From NCBI RefSeq assembly GCF_018350175.1, contig NC_058368.1, positions 228,720,001 to 228,784,000 on the forward strand: DNA of 64,000 nt. Direction: 5' to 3'. The notes beneath the pieces are model-generated. The model saw nothing but the letters and a program-made list of their open reading frames with translations. It made no database searches and was not told the DNA's origin. Below, in pieces: positions 40,770-50,893 of the stretch. Position numbers and translations under genes: made by a program. Source of the stretch: Felis catus (lineage: Eukaryota). Position 1 is the first letter of the stretch. Each line of letters starts with the position of its first letter.

Positions 40770-41712
40770 TTAAGTATACCCCTTGTACAAGGTTTAGGAG
40801 CCTATCTCCTGTGCCCGGTCGAGAGGGGGGGGTCGGGTATCCTAGACTGGGGCTTAGAGTGGAATTAACAGGGTTAATTCCCGGTGTCTGAGTTGGGGCC
40901 CTTGGTGGCTGGACTGGGATGGCTAGCTGGACCGGAGCTTTTTGATCGGCCAATACTAGGTTGGGACCTACGGTTTGGGTGATTGTATCTATTTTTAATT
41001 TGATTTTTAGAACAATCCCCCTATCTTTTCCCGGTAGGTACCATCGGAGTCCCCATGTATAGCCCGTCTGCCATCCGAGAGCCCGTTTTCCTGAATCTGT
41101 AAAGGTAATCTTAAGAGGTAGAGACAGGGGACTTATCCAATGATGATACCCTTCTGTGCCCTTTTTATAGTAGCAAGTGTGTCCATCGGGGTCAGGTTTG
41201 GTGTAACCTCTTGTAATGGTGATTAAGTCCCAGGAAGAGGTAGGTTGCCAGTAGGCATCGCCAGTAGTTTCGCAGCCCCATGCCGAGCAGAAATATTCTT
41301 CATATCCCCCACATCGGTGGGCAGTGGCCCTATCCCTATTGTCTCGAGGACAGACATAGAACTCTGCCTGGGCTAATCTACATCTGGCAGTGGGACTACT
41401 GCATCCATGGGCAGTCATCTGCTGGATTCTTTCCCCCATGTAGGACTGCAGGTTCTTGGGGCTTCTAGCTGGGATATCCCAAGTGTCTAATCCAGCTGCC
41501 AGCTGGCAAAAATCAGGGGTAAGTGGGGGCCACCAAGTATTAAGCGCATGGTTACCTTGGACCTCCCAGACAACTTCCCCGCTCTGGGAGTAGATTTGCC
41601 AAGTCAAGGTATAAACCTGATGTGGGTTCCCCTCTTTGACAATTTTAGCTCCAATTCCCGCCCCCAAGCTTGTGAGGACCCACAGAAAGACCATTCCCGC
41701 TGGGGGTTTCAT
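40711..41712 (-). CDS. env: Truncated Env, 333 aa: signal peptide, RBD, proline-rich region and 17-aa frameshift tail; no TM
   Basis: Hydrophobic signal peptide, NPHQ motif, FYVCP, WGCETTG, PTSSWD, GPNLVL, proline-rich region, GTGDRLLNLVQG. Lacks CWLC, furin site, ISD, CX6CC and membrane span. Confidence 0.93.
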   Translation of the reverse strand: MKPPAGMVFLWVLTSLGAGIGAKIVKEGNPHQVYTLTWQIYSQSGEVVWEVQGNHALNTWWPPLTPDFCQLAAGLDTWDIPARSPKNLQSYMGERIQQMTAHGCSSPTARCRLAQAEFYVCPRDNRDRATAHRCGGYEEYFCSAWGCETTGDAYWQPTSSWDLITITRGYTKPDPDGHTCYYKKGTEGYHHWISPLSLPLKITFTDSGKRALGWQTGYTWGLRWYLPGKDRGIVLKIKLKIDTITQTVGPNLVLADQKAPVQLAIPVQPPRAPTQTPGINPVNSTLSPSLGYPTPPSRPGTGDRLLNLVQGVYLTLCHPGLGPNSTVPPTKTI

Positions 41713-41746
41713 TTTGGGTTTGTGCAGGGACAGGGTGGATTAACAG

Positions 41747-44700
41747 TCAGACACGAGAGAGTCTTATCTTAAGAGGGTTCTCCGAACGGTGGAGCTTCCA
41801 GGTTTTGGGAGCTTTCGGTCCAGGGGTTCTTGGGGCTGCCTTGGCGTGCGATGCGTGAATCCAGGCGGCGATCCCGTCAACCTTTATGGCGGTGGGCGTG
41901 GTCAGCAGGACGATGTAAGGTCCCTTCCAACGAGGCTCCAATCCTTGAGAGCGGTGCCGCCGGACGTACACGGAGTCTCCTACCTGAAATGGGTGGCTAG
42001 TTTGTGGATGTCCTGGCCGGTACAGTTCGGCCAGGGGTGTCCAGATTTGGGCCTGCACCGCTTGCAGCCCTTTTAGTCGGGCTTGTAAATCAGTCTTAGG
42101 ATCGGAGGGGGAGAAGGAATTGAGCAAGGTTGACAAAGGGGGGGGTCCCCCATAAAGGATTTCATACGGGGTGAGCCCGAAACGGTTGGGCGTATTTCTG
42201 GCTCTTAACAAAGCCAGAGATAGGAGGCGTCTCCAATCTTTTAAGCCAGTCTCTAAGGTCAATTTAGTAAGGGTCTCTTTTATTGTTCTATTCATTCTTT
42301 CTACCTGTCCTGAGCTCTGGGGCCTATATGCACAGTGTAATTTCCAATTAATCCCCAGTGTCCTGGCGAGCCCCTGACTTACCTGGGAAACGAAGGCCGG
42401 CCCGTTATCTGACCCGATTACCTTGGGAAGTCCAAATCTGGGGAAGATTTCTTCTAAAATCTTCTTGGCTACCACGTGTGCCGTTTCTTGTCGGGTGGGG
42501 TAGGCTTCTACCCATCCTGAAAAGGTGTCTACAAACACTAATAGGTACTTATACCCCGCATGGTGAGGCTTTACTTCAGTAAAGTCTATTTCCCAATAGA
42601 CTCCTGGGCGGTTACCACGAGTCCGTTTTCCTTCCGGCACTCGGGTAGCCCCAGCGTTTACCTGTTGACAGACCTTACAGGCGGAGGTTACCTGTTCTAT
42701 GAGGGTGCCTGCCTTAGGGATTAAGAAGTCAGTTTTTTTAATCAGTAACTTCAGCTTCTGATTACTTAAATGTGTCCAGGCGTGCATTTGTTGGATCATT
42801 GCCAGGGCTTCCTTTCGGGGAAGGACTATCTTTCCTTCTTTTTCCCAGTCTTTAGTGTCCTGATTCAGTATAGCCCCTATGGCCTTTGCCTCTTCCTGGT
42901 CTTCTGGGGTGTAAGCATATTTGTTGGTCGTAAGATTGGTTTCTTCAAGTTTTGTGGTCAAAGTCAACGTTTCTGCCACAGCGACTTGCCTGGCTACTTG
43001 GTCTGCCTGTCTATTTCCTGTTGCAATTGGGTCTTGTCCTTTCTGATGCCCGGGGCAATGAATTATGGCTACTTTTCGGGGAAGAAAAAGGGCCTTTAAT
43101 AATGCAATGATTTCAGCTTTGTTTTTAATTTCTTTTCCTTCTGAGGTTAGTAGGCCCCTTCTTTCATAAATACTCCCATGTGTATGAGCCGTTGCAAAGG
43201 CATATCGGCTATCTGTGTATATGTTAGCCTTTTTCCCTTCGGATAGTTCTAGGGCCTTGGTGAGCGCTATCAGCTCGGCCTTTTGTGCAGACGTGCCAGG
43301 AGGTAGTGATTGTGCCCATATGATGTGGTGGCCATCTACTACCGCCGCTCCCGCCCTCCGGGTACCTGAGTCGATGTAACTGCTCCCGTCCGTATACCAA
43401 GAGTGATCCGCATCTGGGAGCTCTTGATCTTTAAGGTCTTCCCGTGTCCCATGGGTCTCAGCCAGTACTTGCCGGCAATCGTGTGCGCTCTGTTGGTCTT
43501 CCGGTGCCGGTAGCAACGTGGCAGGGTTCAAGGTAACCGGAGGTCCAAATTGGACGCGGTCTGTGTCCAGTAGGAGGGCCTGGTAGTGGGTTAGGCGTGC
43601 GTTGGTTATCCATCGGTCCGGTGGCTGCCGCACTATGGCCTCTAAAGCATGCGGGGTGATAACAGTTAGTGGCTGTCCAAGGGTTAATTTGGCAGAGTCC
43701 TTGACCAGCATAGCAGTGGCTGCCATGATACGAAGACATGGGGGCCACCCCGCTGCCACAGGGTCCAACTTTTTGGACAGGTATGCTACTGGCCTCTTCC
43801 AGGGCCCTAATTTTTGGGTTAGAACTCCTTTGGCAATTCCTTGTTTCTCGTCTGTGAAAAGGGTAAAGGGCTTGGAGGTGTCTGGCAACCCGAGAGCCGG
43901 GGCGGAGAGGAGGGCCTCTTTTAGGGCCTCAAAGGCTGACTGATGTTTTTCCTGCCAGGTGAAGGGTGCACTCTCTTTCGTGAGGGCATAGAGGGGGGCG
44001 GCTAGCTCAGCGAACCCAGGTATCCATAAGCGACAGAACCCAGCAGTTCCCAGGAATTCACGTACCTCTCTGGGGTTCTGGGGCGGCGGAATGCGAGCCA
44101 CAGTTTCTATTCGCCCAGGGGTGAGCCATCTTTTCCCCTCACTCAGTATGTACCCCAGGTAGGTTACCTTGGTTTGGCAAATCTGGGCCTTCTTGGCGGA
44201 TGCCCGGTATCCTTTTTCTCCTAATTCCCGGAGCAGATGTCTGGTACCTAGTATGCAGGCTTCTTTTGTGGGGGCGGCCAGAAGAAGGTCATCCACATAT
44301 TGGAGTAGAGTTACTTCTGGATGTTGAGTCCGGAAGTCAGTTAGGTCCCTGTGAAGAGCCTCATCAAAGAGAGTGGGGGAGTTTTTGAACCCTTGGGGTA
44401 AGCGGGTCCAGGTTAATTGGCCTGAAATTCCTCTTTCAGGGTCCCTCCATTCAAAAGCAAACAGTTCCTGGCTCTGGGGGGCCAAGGGTAAGCAAAAGAA
44501 CGCATCTTTTAGGTCCAGTACTGTGTACCAGGTGTGGTCTGGGCTCAGGGTGCTGAGCAAGTTATAGGGATTGGGGACCGTAGGGTGGATATCCATAGTC
44601 CTTTTGTTGACTTCTCTTAAGTCTTGGACGGGCCTGTAGTCCCGGGTGCCAGGTTTTTTTACTGGTAAAAGAGGGGTATTCCAAGGTGAGCGGCAAGGTC

Positions 44701-45316
44701 GCAGGACCCCAAGCTCTAGAAATCTAGTAATGTGTGGCTGAATGCCCATATGAGCCTCCTTGCTCATGGGATACTGCCTGATAGACACAGGCATTGCCGT
44801 GGGCTTTAGGTCAATTATGATTGGGACTTGGCATTTGGCTCGACCGAGCCCTCCCGTTTCTGCCCAGGCTTGGGGAAAGTCCTGCAGCCAGGCTTCGAGG
44901 AGGTTAGTGGTGACCGGGGTTTCAAAAAGTCTGTGTTCGTCTTGTAAGGACACAGTTAAGACTTGGATAGGCTGGCCATCCCGGTTTAGCACTTGGGCCC
45001 CCGTTTCGGAGAAGTGTATCTGGGCTCCAAGCTTGGTTAGGAGGTCTCGTCCCAGAAGGGGGTACGGGCATTCGGGTACCACCAGAAAGGAGTGTGTCAC
45101 CGTCCCTTGCCCTAAGTCAACCGTGCGGCGGTTAGTCCATTTGTGAATTTTTCTTCCTGTCGCTCCTTGGACCCAGGAGGTACGCGAGGACAGAGGCCCA
45201 TTTGCCTTGGTTAAGACCGAGTGTTGAGCTCCCGTGTCCACCAGGAAGGTGGTGGGATGCCCCCCTACAGATAGGGTTAGCCGGGGCTCGGGGTGGGCTC
45301 CGGAGCCCTGACATCC
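41747..45316 (-). CDS. pol: Pro-Pol (protease, RT, RNase H, integrase), 1189 aa, expressed by readthrough of the gag TAG
   Basis: In frame with gag after the TAG ([15 protein letters not shown]...). Protease [17 protein letters not shown] and YVDD; RNase H WYTDGSS/AELIAL/IYTDSRY; integrase HAWTH..CKVC, WEIDF, SDNG, QVERMN, GPY. No internal stops. Confidence 0.97.
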   Translation of the reverse strand, partial: GCQGSGAHPEPRLTLSVGGHPTTFLVDTGAQHSVLTKANGPLSSRTSWVQGATGRKIHKWTNRRTVDLGQGTVTHSFLVVPECPYPLLGRDLLTKLGAQIHFSETGAQVLNRDGQPIQVLTVSLQDEHRLFETPVTTNLLEAWLQDFPQAWAETGGLGRAKCQVPIIIDLKPTAMPVSIRQYPMSKEAHMGIQPHITRFLELGVLRPCRSPWNTPLLPVKKPGTRDYRPVQDLREVNKRTMDIHPTVPNPYNLLSTLSPDHTWYTVLDLKDAFFCLPLAPQSQELFAFEWRDPERGISGQLTWTRLPQGFKNSPTLFDEALHRDLTDFRTQHPEVTLLQYVDDLLLAAPTKEACILGTRHLLRELGEKGYRASAKKAQICQTKVTYLGYILSEGKRWLTPGRIETVARIPPPQNPREVREFLGTAGFCRLWIPGFAELAAPLYALTKESAPFTWQEKHQSAFEALKEALLSAPALGLPDTSKPFTLFTDEKQGIAKGVLTQKLGPWKRPVAYLSKKLDPVAAGWPPCLRIMAATAMLVKDSAKLTLGQPLTVITPHALEAIVRQPPDRWITNARLTHYQALLLDTDRVQFGPPVTLNPATLLPAPEDQQSAHDCRQVLAETHGTREDLKDQELPDADHSWYTDGSSYIDSGTRRAGAAVVDGHHIIWAQSLPPGTSAQKAELIALTKALELSEGKKANIYTDSRYAFATAHTHGSIYERRGLLTSEGKEIKNKAEIIALLKALFLPRKVAIIHCPGHQKGQDPIATGNRQADQVARQVAVAETLTLTTKLEETNLTTNKYAYTPEDQEEAKAIGAILNQDTKDWEKEGKIVLPRKEALAMIQQMHAWTHLSNQKLKLLIKKTDFLIPKAGTLIEQVTSACKVCQQVNAGATRVPEGKRTRGNRPGVYWEIDFTEVKPHHAGYKYLLVFVDTFSGWVEAYPTRQETAHVVAKKILEEIFPRFGLPKVIGSDNGPAFVSQVSQGLARTLGINWKLHCAYRPQSSGQVERMNRTIKETLTKLTLETGLKDWRRLLSLALLRARNTPNRFGLTPYEILYGGPPPLSTLLNSFSPSDPKTDLQARLKGLQAVQAQIWTPLAELYRPGHPQTSHPFQVGDSVYVRRHRSQGLEPRWKGPYIVLLTTPTAIKVDGIAAWIHASHAKAAPRTPGPKAPKTWKLHRSENPLKIRLSRV

Positions 45317-45319
45317 CTA
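45258..45319 (-). promoter_or_regulatory. Gag-pol stop-codon readthrough signal (MLV-type pseudoknot)
   Basis: TAG, 8-nt spacer GGATGTCA, stem 1 GGGCTC(C)GG/CCGAGCCC, stem 2 GCCCACC/GGGGGGC, same layout as the MLV signal. Confidence 0.85.
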
Positions 45320-46993
45320 TTCGCTCTCTTCGCCTAAGGCGAGCACAGAGGCAGGTTTCTTTGAGTTCCCGGGGCGCTTAGGGCAGTCTTTGATCCAGTG
45401 CCCGGGTTCTTTGCAATAGGCGCACTGGTCTTTTCCTACTTTGGGCCGCCTCTTCGTTTCCCCTGACTTTCCTGTTCCGTTTTCTGTCACTACAGCTGCC
45501 AGGATTTTGGTTAAATGTTTATCTCTCTTTCGATCTCTTCGTTCCTCCCGTGCTTCCTGCTCTTTTGCTAGCCTAGCCTCCTTTTCCTCTGGGGTCTCCC
45601 TTTTGTTATATACCTTTTCTGCCTCCCTAACTAGTTCCTGCAACCCATAGGTTTGAATCCCATCTAGCCGTTGGAGCTTTCCTTTTATATCAGACGCTGC
45701 CTGATCTATGAATGACATGGCCACGGTAGCCTTATGTTCTGGAGCCTCGGGGTTAAATGGAGTATACATCCGAAACCCCTCTAGAAGCCGTTCCATAAAG
45801 GCTGCGGGGCTCTCCTCTTTTCCTTGGATTATGGTCCTTACCTTGGCCAAATTGGTGGGCCGTTTCCCTGCCCCCTTGAGACCCGCCAACAGAGCCTGGC
45901 GATAGATTCGGAGACTCTCCCTACCTGGAGCCGTTTCATAGTCCCAGTCCGGGCGGGTGAGGGGAAACCCTTCATCTATTTCATTGGGAAGCTGAGTTGG
46001 AAGACCTCCAGGCCCCGGCACATTTTTCCGGGCCTCCAGGAGAACTCGTTGCCTTTCCTCGGTAGTCAAAAGGACCTGTAAGAGCTGCTGGCAGTCGTCC
46101 CAGGTAGGCTGGTGTGTGAGGAGGATAGACTCTATTAGTGAGGTTAGGGCCTGGGGTTCTTGGGAAAAGGAAGGGTTATGAGTTTTCCAATTATAGAGAT
46201 CGGATGCAGAAAATGGCCAATATTGGACAGTCCGGTTGACTGTCCGGAGAGGAAACAGGGAAGATTGCCAAGTGGGAGGGCCGTTCAGGTCGTCCGATCG
46301 CCGGAGACGGAGGCGGGGGGTCTGAGGTGGGGTCTGGGGAGTTAGATCGGGTGGGGCTGGAGTAGAGGATGGGGCTGACGTACAGGCGGGGGAAGAAGTT
46401 GGGGAGGGGGAGGAGGAACTGGAGGCAGGAGGGGAAGTAGGGGGCACCGGAGACAGGACGGAGACGGGGGCCAGGGGTGAATTATAGGGTGGAGGTAGTA
46501 AGAGGGGGTTGTGGGGCGGTGAAGTCTCTTCGGGGGCGTGGGGCGGCGAAGACAAAGCGTCTAGGAGGAGGGGGTCCCTTTGGGACTCATCGGGAAAAAC
46601 CGGTTTGGGCGGATCTGGAGTTTGGGTTGAGGCTCGGTTTTTGGAGGTTTTCAGGGGAAGGAGGGTAGACTGAGAAGTGGGGCAGGAAGGAAGGAAGGGT
46701 TTCACCCATGCCGGAGGATTCCGGATGAGATCCTCCCAGGTGAGGATATAGGCCACTTGATCTGGATGACCTTGTGGTCCAGGATCCATTACCTTCGTCT
46801 TAACCTGTAATATAACAAAGAGGTCAAAAGTCCCGTCCCGGGGCCACCCTACAGATAGGGTGGGCCACTCCGATGAACAAAAAGTTCGCCATCGACCTTT
46901 TCGAACCTCAACGGATAGATTGCGAGCTCTTGCCTGGACGTCCGAGAAATGAGTCAGAGTCAAAGATAGAGGAGTAGTCAGTGTCTGTCCCAT
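45317..46993 (-). CDS. gag: Gag polyprotein (MA-p12-CA-NC), 558 aa, open
   Basis: Starts [11 protein letters not shown] (Gly2 myristoylation site). PPPY late domain, capsid major homology region [20 protein letters not shown], single CCHC knuckle [14 protein letters not shown], amber stop at 45317-45319. The ORF track starts 35 codons earlier at a TTG. Confidence 0.96.
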   Translation of the reverse strand: MGQTLTTPLSLTLTHFSDVQARARNLSVEVRKGRWRTFCSSEWPTLSVGWPRDGTFDLFVILQVKTKVMDPGPQGHPDQVAYILTWEDLIRNPPAWVKPFLPSCPTSQSTLLPLKTSKNRASTQTPDPPKPVFPDESQRDPLLLDALSSPPHAPEETSPPHNPLLLPPPYNSPLAPVSVLSPVPPTSPPASSSSSPSPTSSPACTSAPSSTPAPPDLTPQTPPQTPRLRLRRSDDLNGPPTWQSSLFPLRTVNRTVQYWPFSASDLYNWKTHNPSFSQEPQALTSLIESILLTHQPTWDDCQQLLQVLLTTEERQRVLLEARKNVPGPGGLPTQLPNEIDEGFPLTRPDWDYETAPGRESLRIYRQALLAGLKGAGKRPTNLAKVRTIIQGKEESPAAFMERLLEGFRMYTPFNPEAPEHKATVAMSFIDQAASDIKGKLQRLDGIQTYGLQELVREAEKVYNKRETPEEKEARLAKEQEAREERRDRKRDKHLTKILAAVVTENGTGKSGETKRRPKVGKDQCAYCKEPGHWIKDCPKRPGNSKKPASVLALGEESE

Positions 46994-47432
46994 GGCTGTG
47001 TCGTCCTGTCCACGCGTCCACACACGCACACTTACACACACACACACGAATATGACTACAATGTCAATACAGACCAGACAACACAGACTAGACAACAACC
47101 AAGGAGCCGCGGCCAGGTATTCAGATTCAGATGGCAGGGGAGGCCTGCCTTCGGATTTGGGGAGTCTGACGAACTTGTCAGTTCTCCTCTACAAGCACCA
47201 CCGAGGCGTCCCTCGGGGCCGGGGTGTGAAGGTTCAGGACACGTCTGTCCTCCTTCAACACTCCTACTGAGGTGGCCGGCCGGCCTCAGAATTCACAGTT
47301 CAGAGACAAAACATAGAACACAATACCTGTGTGCAGACAAAGGCACAGAAGTCTGTCTTCAGTCAGTCCGTCAGTGGCCCGGGCCGGAGAGTCATCTACC
47401 GACGGGGCCGGGGTTCTCCTGCCTTCCCTCGC

Positions 47433-47450
47433 TTCCCGGCCAATGCACCA
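47433..47450 (-). promoter_or_regulatory. Primer-binding site, tRNA-Gly
   Basis: Minus strand TGGTGCATTGGCCGGGAA, complementary to the 3' end of tRNA-Gly (TTCCCGGCCAATGCACCA). Confidence 0.93.
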
Positions 47451-47452
47451 AA

Positions 47453-48002
47453 TGTTAGGAGCCAAGCTCCTAGGCCCTATGGAATGAGAGTTGGCGCAAA
47501 GAACCACTCGGCACTCCGATTTCGGCAGAGAGTCTTTACTGGTGCACCAGGGCTCCCCAGTGTTAGAAAGCGGGAGAGCCCCGATATACGGGGTTACAGG
47601 TCTTTTATACCATTTTGAGTTACATTTGCATACAGGCTGGTGGTAGGCTCTCTGCTCGGTGGTGGTTAGGGTTGGGGGTAATTTCGTCCTGGGAAAGCTT
47701 GGGAAATGGAGTTTCTCTCGGCAGATGCAACTTGGAGCCCGGGTGCGAAGCGGCAGGGGACCTCCGGTTTGGGAGCGTAAGCAGGTTTACAGAAGCGAGA
47801 TGAAAGCGGTCATCGTTATTTATGTGACAACCTGTTCCTGTCTTGCGTAGGGAAAGGTGGGGGTACAGCTCTCCCAGGGTACGGATGTCTAACTGCAGAT
47901 ATCCTGTTTGTCAACTGGTGGAAGTGCAAGCCCTGCAAGTGAGGCGTTACGGAACTGAAGATAGGGTGGGGGTGTGTTATTAAGCTAAGCAGGGGTCTTT
48001 CA
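47453..48002 (-). repeat. 5' LTR of the young provirus (550 bp)
   Basis: Minus strand starts TGAAAGACCCC and ends CCTAACA. TATAAAA at 47603-47609, octamer ATGCAAAT at 47624-47631, variant poly(A) signal AGTAAA. The PBS follows 2 nt after the end. Confidence 0.97.
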
Positions 48003-48658
48003 CTTGAGGGTGAAGACCCTGTCTAAAGTGGTCCTGGTATAATAAGCTTTCAGTATATGCTTGTTGGATACAGGAAGTGAGCAGGTCATCAGGATATATT
48101 CAATGATTGGGCATCATAAAATATGAGGCAAGAAGGAGAATTCTGGAACTATTTTCTTTAGGAATCCATATCAGCTCTAGCAAAGGGGCTCATTCAAAGG
48201 TCTCCTATCAGGACATTGGTAACATTGGGTATAACTCACTAGCACTCCCAGGAACATAGAGGAGACACAATTGGGGGAGGAGTAAATTTCATGAGCTAGG
48301 AGTGAATTCGAGTTCACAACAAAGCTGACATCAGTGGATAAGGAAATGGGTAAATGTTACCACTTAGTGGCATACTAGAGAAGATGACCAAAGGCCAGGG
48401 CAAGGAGGGAATACGTGTCTGGGGAAACAGAACCAAGGCCAACAGCTGGCCATGCACATCTTTCGTACTTGTGAATTGTAAGTTCTCCTTCTAAATTCAT
48501 CTAAGATCTGTGGATGTGGTAACGGCCTCTTTCAGAATCACTCATTAAGTTCTAGAGGTGCACGAGAACAGATGAGCATTAGCTCCTAGGAAGTGGATAG
48601 AAGAGACAATGTAGGAAAATTGAGAATTATTTACTTAGACCAAGGGCAGATGTGTCCT

Positions 48659-48809
48659 TGTGGTAGAGCCCCTCCCTCAGAAATGCAGTGGAGGCCTTCT
48701 CAGAACAAAAGAAGGCAATGTGCAACATGGCACAATCAACTTCTATACATGTATGAATAGTTCTGACATGACTGTGATGACTGTGTAATTTGGACTGTGT
48801 CCAATCAGG

Positions 48810-48858
<49 letters not shown>

Positions 48859-49023
48859 GGGAGATAAAGAAGTAGAAATTGCATCAAAGGCTACACCTTG
48901 CTGTGCTCGGGGCTCAGCCTTTTTGGGGTCTTAGCCTGCTGAGCCCGTGCCTGCACAAATAAAACTGCTTCCTGGAACCAACAGCCTCAGTGTCCCATCT
49001 CTCTGTGTGAGAATCCAGCTACA
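48659..49023 (+). repeat. 5' LTR of the older ERV, with (TA)n expansion
   Basis: Aligns to 56346-56659 at both ends. (TA)n run at about 48813-48853. Confidence 0.9.
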
Positions 49024-49240
49024 TTTCTTGGGGGCTTGCTTCCAGGATTCAGACACGGTGCGTTTCCACTTCGTTTGTCGCCAGGGTATGAGCCTTGGGG
49101 CCCTGGGAGAGGTGATGTTGCCTGGTGCCAGGAAACCACTTGATTAGTAGGAGACTAACCCCTCCCAGCACGCCAGGGTCAGAACCTCAGATGCACAACA
49201 GAACCCGGTGAGGCCCAGGAATCAGCTCAGGGAATGCCGC

Positions 49241-49871
49241 TGAAAGGAGCAATCCAAATGACAGCCCTGCCTTAGTTTAAAGCTAGGTTTTCTTTTCTAC
49301 TTATTATGGATCTTTGATAAGAAATACAATTGCTGAGAAGTCTGTTTTGCTTGCTGTTTGCTACGAGCATTGTGAGGCCTTTCCTGAATGTAACCCGCTA
49401 TGTAGTAGAATGGGTTGTAAACCTTCCTAAATGTAGTCTGATATGTAATGGAATGAGTGATTGTACATAAACTAACCGGCATTTCTCGCTTCTATAAACC
49501 TGCTTGCTTAGCACATTCCTCACCTAGCCTACCCCCTTCCCCCTTCCCCCTTCCCCCTTTTTCCTCCCGCCACAAGTAATGGACAAAGCCTTCCCGCCAA
49601 AGGACAGACAAAGGACGCCCAATCAGAGAACAACAAATGTCTTTACTTTAAAATCAACTAATCAGGCCCCTCATAATTTGAAACCTCCCCTGTGCTATTT
49701 GTCTCTGTCTATAAAAACGCTGTACCAACCCTGATAGAGGCCTCTTGCGTCACCGGCGATGAGTGCGCAGAGGACCAGGTTCGAACCTGCAATAAACGAC
49801 CCTTGCCGCTTGGCTTTGACTTAGGACTCTGGTGGACTTTTGTGTGAGGTTTCGGAACTTCGGGCATTACA
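49241..49871 (+). mobile_element. Solo LTR (631 bp) nested in the leader of the older ERV
   Basis: TGAAAG...TTACA with TSD CCGC (49237-49240, 49872-49875). CCAAT at about 49619, TATAAAA at 49710, AATAAA at 49791. CpGs retained. Confidence 0.85.
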
Positions 49872-50893
49872 CCGCCCATCAGACTGGTAAGAACTCAGGT
49901 TCGTATCAGTAGACCTGCCTCTAAGAGGCAGAAGGGGACCCTGATCACCTCCCAGAGTTGTCCAACTAGTTCCATAAGGAATAAGGAATGAAACCACAAC
50001 TCTAAGGCGCTGGGTGCTGGGTGGCGGGTTGGAGTCGCTGGGTGACTACGTGTGAATATGACAGATGGAAGGAAGTTTCCGACCTGACCAAGGGCCCAAG
50101 TATAAAAAAATATATTATTTCAACCAAAAGGGCAGACAGCAGAACAATACACCCTTTTGAGTTGTTTTACCCAAGCCTTGGTTGAAATTGCCCCTCCTTT
50201 GATCTAAAGGCTGGGGAGACAGTGACAATGCCCTTGCTGCCAGCTTCCAAATGTTCCACGTTTGTGTTATTTCTGTTTAACCAAGGAATGGATGCCTGTG
50301 CCATATAAGGGATAAATGACTATGATACATAAAGGACTTGTACTGGAATACATAGCCATTTTCCTACACTTAGCCCCATGTATGCCAATTAGTAACAACC
50401 TAGATACTCTAAAATGGATATCCACATGACTGGAACGTATTTCTGTGGGTACTGCTGAAAAAGGCAAGGGAACAGACCTCGGCTTTGGCCCTTTTAGCCC
50501 CCTTGACAGCCAGTTTTACCCTCACAAAAATTGGTTTTCGCCAGCCTTTTGAAATACAGTTGTAAACAGGATTACTGTTTACAAATTTGGGGCCAAAATA
50601 AAATTAGTACATCCTCTACAACCAGGAAAGTCTTGCTTGGTCATAGTCAATATCACCAAAGTCCCACAGGCAGAAAACGGAGGGGCAGGAGGAATCAGAG
50701 AAGACAAGGTCAGCTCTCAGAGGTAGGGTCAAGCCTGGATAAGAGTGACTGCTCCTAGCACCTCATGAGACTGTCAAAGCTTTTGGCTGCCAGTCGGATA
50801 GCCAGACAAAATGCAGGGCCAGAAGATGAGGCTTCCCCTGACCAGCTATGGCAAATTAAGATAAAAGATGCCCCTTCTTCCTTTTTCCTATAG

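Larger units (their letters stand above)
40098..48002 (-). mobile_element. Young endogenous gammaretrovirus provirus (feline ERV-DC-like) with internal env deletion
   Basis: LTR-PBS-gag-pro/pol-env-PPT-LTR order on the minus strand. TG...CA termini. 4-bp TSD CTTG at 40094-40097 and 48003-48006. Pol closely resembles RD-114/BaEV Pol and Env is MLV/FeLV-type, the combination known for ERV-DC. Confidence 0.95.

Noticed and set aside
40711..41712. Calling this ORF Refrex-1 itself or a syncytin
   Set aside because: Known Refrex-1 loci are truncated by stop codons, whereas this one is a deletion with frameshift. Without a TM subunit it cannot be fusogenic. Locus identity needs a database search.
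45385..45426. Pro in the NC knuckle (CKEPGHW) as an inactivating change
   Set aside because: All CCHC ligands and the Trp are intact, and PGH occurs in functional retroviral knuckles.
41280..47850. Plus-strand ORFs antisense to the provirus and paired ORFs in the LTRs
   Set aside because: Short, expected opposite GC-rich coding sequence, and without recognisable motifs. The LTR ORFs are duplicated only because the LTRs are.
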